Positions 9,101 through 18,861 of a stretch of DNA of 34,293 nt are shown here, piece after piece (within the stretch, counting starts at the first letter, position 1; each line of letters begins with the position of its first letter). Location: contig NIVC01003965.1 in NCBI GenBank assembly GCA_002269645.1, positions 1-34,293 on the forward strand. The letters are read 5' to 3'. The position numbers and the translations under genes were made by a program. The DNA comes from Macrostomum lignano. Taxonomy: Eukaryota. The notes under the pieces were generated by a model. The model ran no database searches and had not been told where the DNA came from. It saw only the letters and a list, made by a program, of their open reading frames with translations.

Positions 9101-11615
9101 AAACTCACTGTTTCGATTCGAATCGGGGCACGACAAGATCCAAGTACCAGGTCAATTTGCATGACGTCATTTTGGTGAACCAGCCAGCCGCGAAGCGGAT
9201 CATTCGTCGCGTGGTTCACGGCGGTGAGCGGAATATAGGAGTAGTCCGACATGCCGTTCACAATGCGGCAGTCTAAAATGGTTATGTGCCAAGAAACATA
9301 AAAGTCAATGAAAAGCTAAAATAAGCTAAACTTTCATATAGCGAAATTTGTTGAAAGTTTTCATTTTTGGACGTTTCTGCTCTCTTTCGAGCATATTGTA
9401 TGCAGCTTAGTCATGCAATAAGTGAGGATTAATTTTTTACTGATATTGAAAATATTAGTGCAGCAATTCTTACAAGTCGTAGTGGTAGGTGTCGTTACAG
9501 TGGTGGTTGTCGGTGTTGTGCTGGTTGTGGTTGAGGTTGTCCGAGTTGTTGTTGGCGTTGTCGGTGTCGTCGTCGTAGAAGTGGATGTTGTCGTGGTCGA
9601 AGTAGTGCTGGTGCTGCTGGTTGTGCTTGATGTGCTGGTAGTGCTGCTAGTAATGGCAGTCGGTGTTGTCAGACAGGACGAGTTTAAGTTGCTGAAGCAG
9701 CCATAGATCGATAAGAAGAAGTAGTAGGAACTTGCTGTCGTCTTGAATAGCTGCGGTTCTACCTGAACACTGATGACATCTCTGTTTACATCAATGCACA
9801 GAATTTCTCCTTCCTTTGCAGTGAGCGTAACCGAGTCAGGGATCAGGTAGGGAATCACGTCTGTGTTGAATCGCACCAGAACAAATGCTTGAGCAACGTT
9901 TCCAGCTATGCAAACCTAAAATTTAGATTAGTGTGATATTATAGTCAATGATTGTGTCAGTTGGCAGAAATGCTGCTTTTTCTTACTCTTAGAACCCGAG
10001 TTGCGGGACGACAGCCTCTCGACGAGATATCGACAATGACAGACGTTCTAGGCTGAAGTGTAAACGCTCCTGAGACTTGACGAGTGCTGTTACCGACTGT
10101 CGCAATGTCGATAGCGGGGATCATCGAAGGGTACAGCATACCATCGACACTGGGGCAATCTGTAGTTGAAAAGAGGCATTGAGATGCGCTATTTTCTTAA
10201 GGGGCCGGGACTAAAAGAGTTCTAATGAAAGGTATGTCTTAAAATTAATATCTGTATCAGTTATAAATCATTAACTTTTGATAACTGATTTACTAACACT
10301 GAACTTACAAGTCGTAGTGGTAGGCGTCGTTGTTGTGGTGGTTGTCGGTGTTGTGCTGGTGGTTGTGGTGGATGTCGTCGGAGTTGTAGTGGGTGTTGTC
10401 GGCGTCGTTGTAGTAGTAGTAGATGTAGTCGTCGGGGTCGTAGTAGTGCTGGTAGTGGTAGTGGAAGTCGTAGTGCTGGTGGAGGTAGTTTGGCAGCTGT
10501 CATTAACCGGTGTGAAGCAGCCGTCGATGGTGAGGAATACCTGGTAGTTGGTGGCCGACAGGGCCCCGGACTTCAGTGCGACTGGATAAAAGGCAAGCCG
10601 AGCCATCCTCGTATTCAGCTCATAGCACAGCCTGGCGCCAGTGACATCAGAAAACAGGGAGCTGGACGGCTCAAATGGGACGTAGCGGCTACTGGTGGTC
10701 GGCATGTACTGCACTAAAGCTCGCATCACGTTTCCAGTCATGCACAGAGTGTTCACAAAAATTTCAGTAGTTCGACAGCCATCGACAATGAAGTCGAACT
10801 CCATCTGATCGTTGAAATTAATAAGAAAGCTGCCGGTGACTCCCGGCCGTCCACCAGAGATGGATTTGTCCGGGATGTAAGACTTCTGCGACAGACCGTT
10901 CACGTAGTCGCAGACTGAAGATTTTTTTAAATTAGAATTTTTAGCCTATTAGTATGAAAACCTTCTGCATCTAAACCTTAAAATTTGAGATTTAGGAGAT
11001 CGATAACTTGTCAGAACGGGAGATTAGAGACGTCGAGACATCCTATGCAGGTCTCTCATGGGCTACCAGGGGATAAAAAGTCTATCAAGTAATGGATTTT
11101 TTTTGTCCAGACCTTTACTTATAGGGCTCCATTCGAATGCTTCAGTTGACACCCGTCACGGCTCCTACAGGTACCTCCTACACCGTTGACGCAAACTTTT
11201 CAGGGCTTTTTTTCGAATCGCTAAATTACTCGTAATAAAAATTTATTTAGTTGCAAGAATATACAACAATAATGATCATGAATGATCAGCGGTGCCGCAC
11301 TCACCTGGTGTGGTTGTCGGCAGCCGTGTTGTTGTAGTTGTAGTTGGCGTCGTAGTTGAAGTTGTCGTGGGCGTCGTTGTAGTGACCGTGGTGGTGGGAG
11401 TGGTTGGAGTTGGGTGGTGAAGAAGTACTTGGTGGTGAGCGGCACGCACGAGCAGAAGGGATCCGCTGTCGTTGTGAAGCCGGCAACCGGCAATGTCAGG
11501 ACAGCTAGAAGGGCTGCCGCGGCGAATATTCCTGCTGAGAATGGAGTTATAAAGTCATAGGATGCACGATTTAGTGGGTACTGAAACTAGTTCTTGTGGA
11601 ATGACTGCATTTCAT
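1..11615 (-). CDS. Large secreted mucin-like protein: signal peptide + >=11 tandem Cys-rich discoidin(F5/8C)-like domains separated by Thr/Pro/Ser stalks; 18 exons, 3' end outside window
   Basis: Hand-built exons (minus strand): 11615-11582, 11534-11305, 10914-10309, 10159-9987, 9915-9474, 9272-9109, 8999-8465, 5919-5747, 5661-5160, 5038-4867, 4796-4349, 4252-2751, 2672-2082, 1977-1581, 1467-1298, 1038-501, 383-223, 111-<1. All junctions are GT..AG and exon lengths match phases except 11534-11305 and 5038-4867 (each 1 nt short). Repeated motif C-x2-V[ND]G[LM]-x5-IP...D[IL][ST]xxGCR...[VI]C[LI]xGNV...LC...[VI]xP...FxLxIx[GA]CF...C then poly-Thr. The discoidin assignment is inference from motif resemblance. 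Confidence 0.85.
223..383 (-). CDS. Exon 17: domain 11 N-half
   Basis: SCLVDAFSRSDLLPSFAVTGG...IDLTVFGCRPAAVISR|GTAAAG; 161 nt. Confidence 0.85.
501..1038 (-). CDS. Exon 16: domain 10 C-half + stalk
   Basis: VCLIGGNVKMANV...FFLTIRACFLPLNDTC + long Thr run; T|GTAAGT; 538 nt. Confidence 0.87.
1298..1467 (-). CDS. Exon 15: domain 10 N-half (not in ORF track)
   Basis: ICPVVNGLSSPVYLPQFTITGA...IAIDLTARGCRGALTVYQ|GTATGT; 170 nt. Confidence 0.85.
1581..1977 (-). CDS. Exon 14: domain 9 C-half + stalk
   Basis: tttgcag|ICLLGNIQ...YITIKACFTPLNNTC; A|GTAAAT; 397 nt. Confidence 0.87.
2082..2672 (-). CDS. Exon 13: domain 8 C-half, stalk, domain 9 N-half
   Basis: ICLFGGNVKRADL...FFLSIEACF...SCAVDGLSDERFIP...GCRMPITVES|GTGAGT; 591 nt, phase 0-0. 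Confidence 0.88.
2751..4252 (-). CDS. Exon 12: domains 6, 7 and N-half of 8 with stalks
   Basis: ORF 2727..4244; acceptor tttttag|AC TGT CCT; donor AGG|GTATGT; 1502 nt, phase 1-0. Confidence 0.88.
4349..4796 (-). CDS. Exon 11: domain 5 C-half + stalk
   Basis: Domain part identical to exon 5; different stalk; T|GTAAGA; 448 nt. Confidence 0.87.
4555..5041 (-). repeat. Internal duplicate of 9674-10162 (domain 5 = domain 2, including the intervening intron)
   Basis: By eye, 2 substitutions and 2 one-base indels over ~488 bp. Confidence 0.95.
4867..5038 (-). CDS. Exon 10: domain 5 N-half (copy of exon 4, 1 nt short)
   Basis: Near-identical to 9987-10159, but GGG at 4996-4998 versus GGGG at 10116-10119 gives a frameshift. 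Confidence 0.8.
5160..5661 (-). CDS. Exon 9: domain 4 C-half + stalk
   Basis: ttcag|ICLYGNIKQANI...FSVTIEGCFEPLPSTC + Thr run; T|GTGAGT; 502 nt. Confidence 0.87.
5747..5919 (-). CDS. Exon 8: domain 4 N-half (not in ORF track)
   Basis: ttgcag|ICPLINGLTSSTYIPSYSISG...MDIDLSAVKCRPNPVYIER|GTAGAG; 173 nt. Confidence 0.85.
6820..6912. repeat. Degenerate ~15-bp tandem repeat (GAGGTTTTCCCGCC-like)
   Basis: About 6 imperfect copies containing TTTTCC. Confidence 0.55.
7047..7480. mobile_element. Palindromic non-autonomous DNA transposon (Kolobok-like) in intron 7
   Basis: ~201-bp arms (about 4 mismatches) around a 32-nt loop (7248-7279); ends TTAA|AGAGGATG...CATCCTCT|TTAG. A TTAA target with RR termini fits Kolobok; a TA-target (Tc1/mariner) reading is also possible. 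Confidence 0.7.
8465..8999 (-). CDS. Exon 7: domain 3 C-half + stalk
   Basis: tttcag|ICISGTVKRANIL...FYLTINACFLPLSAVC + Thr run; donor A|GTAGGT; 535 nt. Confidence 0.87.
9109..9272 (-). CDS. Exon 6: domain 3 N-half
   Basis: YCRIVNGMSDYSYIP...DLVLGSCRAPIRIET|GTGAGT; 164 nt. Confidence 0.87.
9474..9915 (-). CDS. Exon 5: domain 2 C-half + stalk
   Basis: tttag|VCIAGNV...FFLSIYGCFSNLNSSC + Thr run; 442 nt, phase 0-1. Confidence 0.88.
9987..10159 (-). CDS. Exon 4: domain 2 N-half
   Basis: YCPSVDGMLYPSMIPAID...DISSRGCRPATRVLR|GTAAGA; 173 nt, phase 1-0. Confidence 0.88.
10309..10914 (-). CDS. Exon 3: domain 1 (unsplit) + stalk
   Basis: cttcag|TC TGC GAC TAC GTG AAC; T|GTAAGT donor; 606 nt, phase 1-1; ORF 10271..10903. 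Confidence 0.88.
11305..11534 (-). CDS. Exon 2: signal-peptide core (GIFAAAALLAVLTLPVAG) and first Thr stalk
   Basis: Hydrophobic stretch with small-residue cleavage site; donor CCAG|GTGAGT at 11304; needs +1 C near 11412 (ACC ACC C[C]A ACT) to enter the Thr frame. Confidence 0.75.
11582..11615 (-). CDS. Putative exon 1 (MKCSHSTRTSF)
   Basis: ATG at 11615; the frame stops unless spliced; phase-1 GT donors at 11581 or 11587 join the acceptor at 11535 in frame with the hydrophobic segment. Donors are weak and the intron is only 47-53 nt. Confidence 0.45.
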
Positions 11616-13869
11616 AAATCAATATCTTTACGCTCAATTTTTATTTTATTACATGTACTGTACTCTTAGCTTTTCAACTCGACTTCTGTATTGCTATTAA
11701 ATGTTTTTAAACGATGCCATCAAGCATAAGGGGACTTTCAACCAGACGAGTAAAGTCCAAACTTCGAGGTGTGTCAGCACTAATTGACGCTTGACTGCAC
11801 CGCAGTCCCAATACAAACTTCGTATATTGCGCAAGAATGGGGGGGTACACGGGACTACTCTTGAAGTCGTTAATATTCTCTTTCAATATTAACCACAAAG
11901 CAAAAAGCAAGCGCCCAACACGGGAATATAGCGGTTCGAAATTCGATAACTTATCAGCTCGCAAACTTCGTGTGTACACTTTTCTATTCGCCCCACATTT
12001 TTTGCTTGCTACTAGTTAGTAGGCTGTCTGATGAACTGAAGGAACATCTGCGTCAAATGTTTAGTAGGTAGAGTTTATTAAGTTTCACTATTCGCATCTG
12101 GAATGATATCCAAATTCCATATTCTATTTCCAGAAATCCATGGTAGAACTCCATATACCGACCTGCTTGTGAGGGCGGCGAGTTCGCTAGCTTAAAAAGC
12201 ATTTCGTCGAGTTTATTGAGTGCAGGGACAGGAATGTTGGGGGTTGCCCGACTGGCGCCATGCCGGCTGGTACGCAACACCCCGCGCTCCTGTTGGGTGC
12301 CATTAAAGATGCGAATGAATAGAGAACTTATCCGCCGCTCTTCGCTTTTTAGACATTTTCTGCATCTCAAGTTGCTAAAATCCAGTGTTTTTTATAAAGC
12401 GCACTGAATGTGGGTCGTCGGCGTGCGTTTCTTCGAATCTTCCAAAAGCTTCTACGCCCACGGATTTTTTCTAAGACAATGCGAACTTTATATGGCTTGC
12501 AGGGTGGATGCTTTGCCGGTTTTTTTTACAAAAACGCAAGTTTTCTGCAATGATAAAATTTCTTAGAAATTTCTACGAGCTACAACTTTCTCAACTTCTC
12601 ATCGTCAGCTTGCAAGGCAGGGGTTACGGGTTGCACCGTAGCCCTGCGCTGAGGCAGAAAGAAAAAAACTGCCATTGTGATCTTTTCCATTGGAGACCAA
12701 ACTGCCACGTTTTAATGTGCTGCATGCATATGTCATAGAGAAGCATCTGCCGCGTTCAGTGGACACACATATACCAACGAACCGTTTTTAGTATATGGAA
12801 ATTTTTCTGAAATCTATCGCTTATATACCTACCGACAGACAACTCATTTTTAGTATATTGGAAGTTGCTTTGAAAAATCTGCATCTGTCCTGTTTTCTCA
12901 CTGCTTCCATCTTTCAAGTGTCAAATCTTCTGACTTATGTTCTTAAACTAGCAGCTTGTTTTGGAGGGCCACGAATGCTAACGACAGAAGTAGTTGAAAC
13001 AGAACCGTTAAATGCTGGCACATTTAACAGCACCTACAACAATAAATACGAGTACTTGCTAAATACGCTCGTATGGGTAAATAGCGTGAGTAAAAATTAT
13101 GTAATTACACTAAAACAAATTCGGTGGGAGTTTGCTCTGCCCTTAGCAGGTGAGGACAACGAGAAGCAGGAAGTTCTCAATGTTCGGACCGCGTTCCTTG
13201 TCCTTGAGTGAAGCAACTGACCCAGACGTAAATTCTTGGCACTAATTGTCTGCAACCCGTGAGACTGGGCCTTTAAATAATTTAGCGATCCTTACCGATA
13301 AAAATTCTATGCACAGAATAACAGTGCCTCCAGCAACAAGCTTTACTGACAATAAGTAGTCAAAAATAGAAATTGCCTACCAAGCAGTGCAGATCGATCT
13401 GCGAGTGGCATCTCGGAGTTTGGCGCAGGGCCGTCTGGTGCAGTCAGCCCTTCGGAAAAGAGTCGCTGTGACTTGAATAAACGAACTGGGTGAAGGAATA
13501 ACTTTTCTTCTTCTAGTCAAACCTGAAATTCCTGCTCTCCCGACGAGTAGCAATTACTAAAGAATTTATGCAGCTACAGAAAAAGACTCGACAAGCTGCA
13601 TAAGGCGCCGAATCCTACCAATCAAGCTAACCCTAGATCTATTGTCCCTTAAATCGGACAATAGAACTCCCCCCTTTACCTAAGCAGTGCACAATTAGCC
13701 TCGAAAAGAAAATTAAAGAGGGCAGAATAGCGCCGAACTCAAGTTGAACAACTCTGACTGGGCTGGGCATGAGCCCAGGTGAATGAGAGACAGTAGTGAA
13801 ATTCTCTCTAAGTTTACCAATGCAATCGCGCGACCCTACGAGCATATAGGGTACTAAAGTGTCTGGTTG

Positions 13870-13921
<52 letters not shown>
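13870..13921. repeat. (GATA)13 microsatellite
   Basis: Direct reading. Confidence 0.98.
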
Positions 13922-13922
<1 letters not shown>

Positions 13923-14114
13923 TAGATAGCGAGAAAGAGCGAGCGAAGCGAGCTCTTTCGAGCTTGCTTGCCGCAGCCAATCACGCTGAAAGCACGCACA
14001 CAAGATCACCGGAAACGATTAAGGCAGCTGGAAAGCCAATGGGCGCGGTAAGCGCTTTTATCCAGAGGAACTACCTACTGGAACCAGCCATGCCGAACGA
14101 AAATCAGACTACTA

Positions 14115-14828
<714 letters not shown>

Positions 14829-15042
14829 TATTCGAGCTTTCCAGCGTCAATTTTAGCTTTCCCGCGCCATTTTAGCTTTCCCGCGTCAATTTTAGCTTTC
14901 CAGCGCTGGTTTGGGCCTATTGGCGCTGATTTCAGCGTTCCGGCGCTGATTTAGGGATCCTGGCGCTGATTTGGGGATCCTGGCGCCAAATTTGGCTTTC
15001 GGCGCCAATTCGAGCTTTTCGGCGCTGGTTTGGGCTTTTTAG
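14829..15042 (+). repeat. Short diverged copy (~1.3 units) of the 22.3-27.9 kb satellite
   Basis: Same subunits (GAGCTTTCCAGCG, GGGATCCTGGCGCCAAATTTGGCTTTCGGCGCCAATT), same orientation. Confidence 0.9.
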
Positions 15043-15434
15043 GCATGGCTTCAGGGATCAGCACTGATTTACATTCAATTGGCACTATAAAAATCAAAAG
15101 TGTCATTTTTTGACTTGTTATTGATTGTTGATTACTTTGTTATTGATTATTTTTAGAGATGACTATTTGCTGAGAGTTGATTTTTTTCAATTTATGCGAC
15201 TCAGGATATACTGAATATCTACTACCTTGTTATTATGACTGAGTTATGGTTTACTTTTACGATTTAATTGTGTAATGTCTTTGTCTTAATCTTTTACTCA
15301 CTTAATGCACTGTTAGCGATGAGTTATGATGCCAATTAGAATCGCCCATATCGCTTTTATCGCTTTTTATCACCTTAATCCAGGTCATTCAGTCATGCTA
15401 CTCTCGTCCTACCTCCTCTCTGTATCTCTACCTA

Positions 15435-16783
15435 TTGTCCTATGTCCTCTCCTTTACAGTGTGTCACTCTTCTAATCTTTCGTCACCCAACCTACAGAAG
15501 TATATCCGCCGCAATCGTAAGCGGCAGGAGAAGCGGGCTGCTGTTGCGTCCGCGGAGGGCGGGCAAGCCGCGGTGAGGCCTTCGGGAGCCACCGCAGCGG
15601 GGAGGCCCTCTGGGGAGTCCGGTAGCGCGGCTGGGCCGTCAGGAACCGCCGTGTCCTCGGACTCTCAGGGGGCAACCCTGCCGGCCTACCGCCTTTCAAG
15701 GACAAAGCGGCCCCGCTCAAGACCTCCGAGTCCTACGCCTCCAAGGTCAAGCAGCCGCTGCAACCCGCCGTGATGATCCTCGGCGGGGATTTTGACCTGA
15801 CGCCCGAGCAGCTCGACGTCGCGTGGCGCACCATCGACGAGGGCTTGCTCAACCTAACCCTGGAGGGCGTCTTCGTGGACATCGTCAAGTCCACCAAGGC
15901 GAACGGGTGCATCCTACTGTGGTGCAAATCCGAGGAGAGCACCCAGCTCCTGCGGGATCAGCTGCCCAAGTTCGACTGGCACAGCGACCTGGGCCAGCTG
16001 ACCTTCGCCCTGGTGAGCGAGCGGCCGAAGACCATCCGCCATCGGATTTGGGTCTCGGCCGACAGTGCAATCAAGTCCGGGGAGCAGCTGCGGCAGCTCC
16101 TGCTCAAGCGGCACCCGGATCTCGACGCCAGTGGTCTTGTGTACCACAGCACGGTTCGCAAGGGCACGACCGGGGCCACCGTCATCCTCGGCCTGACGGA
16201 GGGATGGGCCAAGCGGCTACCGCACGGCACAAACCTCCACCTTGGTCTCCATCAACTGACCATCCTCCGCTGTGAGGAGGGCAAGGTGGAGACCAAGAAC
16301 GACGGGAAGCGCGCCGCTCCCGGAGCTGGGGCTCAGGCTCCGCCGGCCAAGCGGCAGCAGCAACCCGATCCCGAGCCTAACAAGGCTATTCGCGCTGCTG
16401 AGTCCGCCTCGCGCGGACGTAGACCCGCCCGCAGTAACCGGCGGTCCGGGCTAATCCAGCGCGCACTTGACGAAGCTCAGTCTCTGAGACTTCACCTCGA
16501 GCAGACTCGCGCTGCTCGCAAAAATACCGAATGCCAGCCGAGGGAACTGGACGACGGCATGGCTCAGCCTTCCAACTGGTAGGATTACCACCAGGAGGAC
16601 GCTGCCGGCCGAGCTCAGACTCCCGACGGCGGGGCGCAAGGCGAAGGCAGCAGCCGTACCCCAGTCGCTGGGGGAGGGGAGGGCGGTGTAGCGCGGCTAG
16701 GTGACTCACCTGCCGTGGGCGCCGTATCCGCCTCCGCGACGGCTGGGGAGGCGGCTGGGCCTGAGCCAATGGAAACTGGATGC
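15435..16783 (+). mobile_element. Non-LTR retrotransposon ORF1 region (DUF4780-like; R1/LOA-type), cut off at its 3' side
   Basis: GC-rich block; ORF 15435..15773 joins the 15770..16582 frame by +1 G at 15668-15672, giving ...SYASKVKQPLQPAVMILG; central part (RHRIWV, LLLKRHPDLD, LHLGLHQLTI) resembles DUF4780 (inference); an Ala/Gly-rich tail continues past TAG 16580-16582 to 16783. Confidence 0.65.
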
Positions 16784-18602
16784 ACTGGCGCCTGCATGTG
16801 TATTCTAATATCAAAACAAAACTAATAAAAGCGAAAAATAGAAGCGTCATGTAAAAATAAAAGAAGCGTCATGTAAAAATCTTAAAAGCGTCATGTAAAA
16901 AATCTTACAAGCTTCATGTAAAAAATCATAAAAGCGTCATGTAAAAATGAAAGAAGCGTCATGAAAAGATCATAGAAGCATCATGTAAAGATCATAGCAG
17001 CGTTATGTAACAAGTAAAAAAGCGTCATGAAAAAAGAAAAGATGCGTCGTCATGTAAAAACCATAGAAGCTTCATGTAAAAATGATAAAAGCGTCAGGTA
17101 AAAATCATAGCAACGTCAGGTAAAAATCATAGAAGCGTCATGTAAAGATCATAGCAGCGTTATATAACAAGTAAAAGAAGCGTCATGTCAGACTATAAGA
17201 AGCGTCATGTCAGACTATAAGAAGCGTCATGTCAGACTATAAGAAGCGTCATGTCAGACAATTTATAAGCGTCATGTAAAAAAGAAAATAAGCTTTATGT
17301 AAAAATGAAAAAGCGTCATGTAAAAATCAATAAGCGTCATGCAAAAATCAATAAGCGTCATGTAAAAAGAAGCGTCATGTATTATTTTTTATTATTTTTA
17401 TATAATAAAAAGCATCATATTATTATTTTTTACAAGACTTGAAAAAGCAAAAAGGCTTGACATCTCAAAAATCCCCCGTAAACCTTAAAATCTCAGTAAT
17501 TCGTCCAAAGAGTCAGCAGAGTTTACGGGAGGCTTGTTTTATTTTCAATATGAAGTTTTTGTCATTTTACATGACGCTTTTTAAGTTTTGAAATGACGCT
17601 CCTTTTTGACATGACGCTTCTTTTTACATGACGCTTATTGATTTTTACATGACGCTTCTTATAGTCTGACATGACGCTTCTTATAGTCTGACATGACGCT
17701 TCTTATAGTCTGACATGACGCTTCTTATAGTCTGACATGACGCTTCTTATAGTCTGACATGACGCTTCTTATAGTCTGACATGACGCTTCTTATAGTCTG
17801 ACATGACGCTTCTTATAGTCTGACATGACGCTTCTTATAGTCTGACATGACGCTTCTTATAGTCTGACATGACGCTTCTTATAGTCTGACATGACGCTTC
17901 TTATAGTCTGACATGACGCTTCTTATAGTCTGACATGACGCTTCTTATAGTCTGACATGACGCTTCTTATAGTCTGACATGACGCTTCTTATAGTCTGAC
18001 ATGACGCTTCTTATAGTCTGACATGACGCTTCTTATAGTCTGACATGACGCTTCTTATAGTCTGACATGACGCTTCTTATAGTCTGACATGACGCTTCTT
18101 ATAGTCTGACATGACGCTTCTTTTACTTGTTACATAACGCTGCTATGATCTTTACATGACGCTTCTATGATTTTTACCTGACGTTGCTATGATTTTTACC
18201 TGACGTTGCTATGATTTTTACCTGACGTTGCTATGATTTTTACCTGACGCTTTTCATCATTTTTACATGAAGCTTCTGTGATTTTTTACATGACGACGCA
18301 TCTTTTCTTTTTTCATGACGCTTTTTTACTTGTTACATAACGCTGCTATGATCTTTACATGATGCTTCTATGATCTTTACATGACGCTTCTTTCAATTTT
18401 ACACGACGCTTCTATGATTTTTACATGACGCTTCTATGATTTTTACATGACGCTTTTATGATTTTTTACATGACGTTTGTAAGATTTTTTACATGACGCT
18501 TTTAAGATTTTTACATGACGCTTCTTTTATTTTTACATGACGCTTCTATTTTTCGCTTTTATTAGTTTTGTTTTGATACTAGAATACACATGCAGGCGCA
18601 GT
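16784..18602. mobile_element. Foldback-type element with long internally repetitive inverted arms
   Basis: Ends ACTGGCGCCTGCATGTGTATTCTA / TAGAATACACATGCAGGCGC-AGT; arms ~16784-17380 and ~17570-18602 built from AAGCGTCATGTAAAAA-type 21-23-bp units; non-coding spacer; no TSD found. Confidence 0.8.
17649..18110. repeat. 21 exact copies of 22-bp unit ATGACGCTTCTTATAGTCTGAC
   Basis: 462 bp / 22; the inverted counterpart in the left arm has only 3 copies (17187-17252). Confidence 0.95.
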
Positions 18603-18861
18603 CCCAAGGCTCTTTGCTGAATTTTGCAGACAAGTTTGTGGACAAGTCTGGCTTGAATTTATTGTTTGACTTGTTATTTTCTTCTACCGAAAACCGATTA
18701 AAGGCTTTCAAACATTTCGAAAAAAGGTGGCATATAAATTATGCGAAGACTACATGTATATTTACAAATTGTACATGTATACTCGTAGCTAAAGCAACTC
18801 GTCGTCAGAGGCTTCCCCTCACCAACCCCTCTGAGGGATATAAGCAAGTGCGTCTTATCAG

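Noticed and set aside
554-10547. Val-rich plus-strand ORFs and Asn/His- or Gln/Arg-rich alternative frames
   Set aside because: Antisense or off-frame shadows of the Thr-codon stalks.
11528-11540. Start codon supplied by a trans-spliced leader ending in AUG
   Set aside because: Both acceptors need a phase-1 upstream exon; a terminal AUG would be out of frame.
12617-12647. GC hairpin resembling a terminator
   Set aside because: Imperfect stem, no U-tract, eukaryotic context.
17649-18110. CRISPR-like regular repeat
   Set aside because: Head-to-tail 22-mers with no unique spacers, inside a foldback arm; no cas genes; eukaryotic context.
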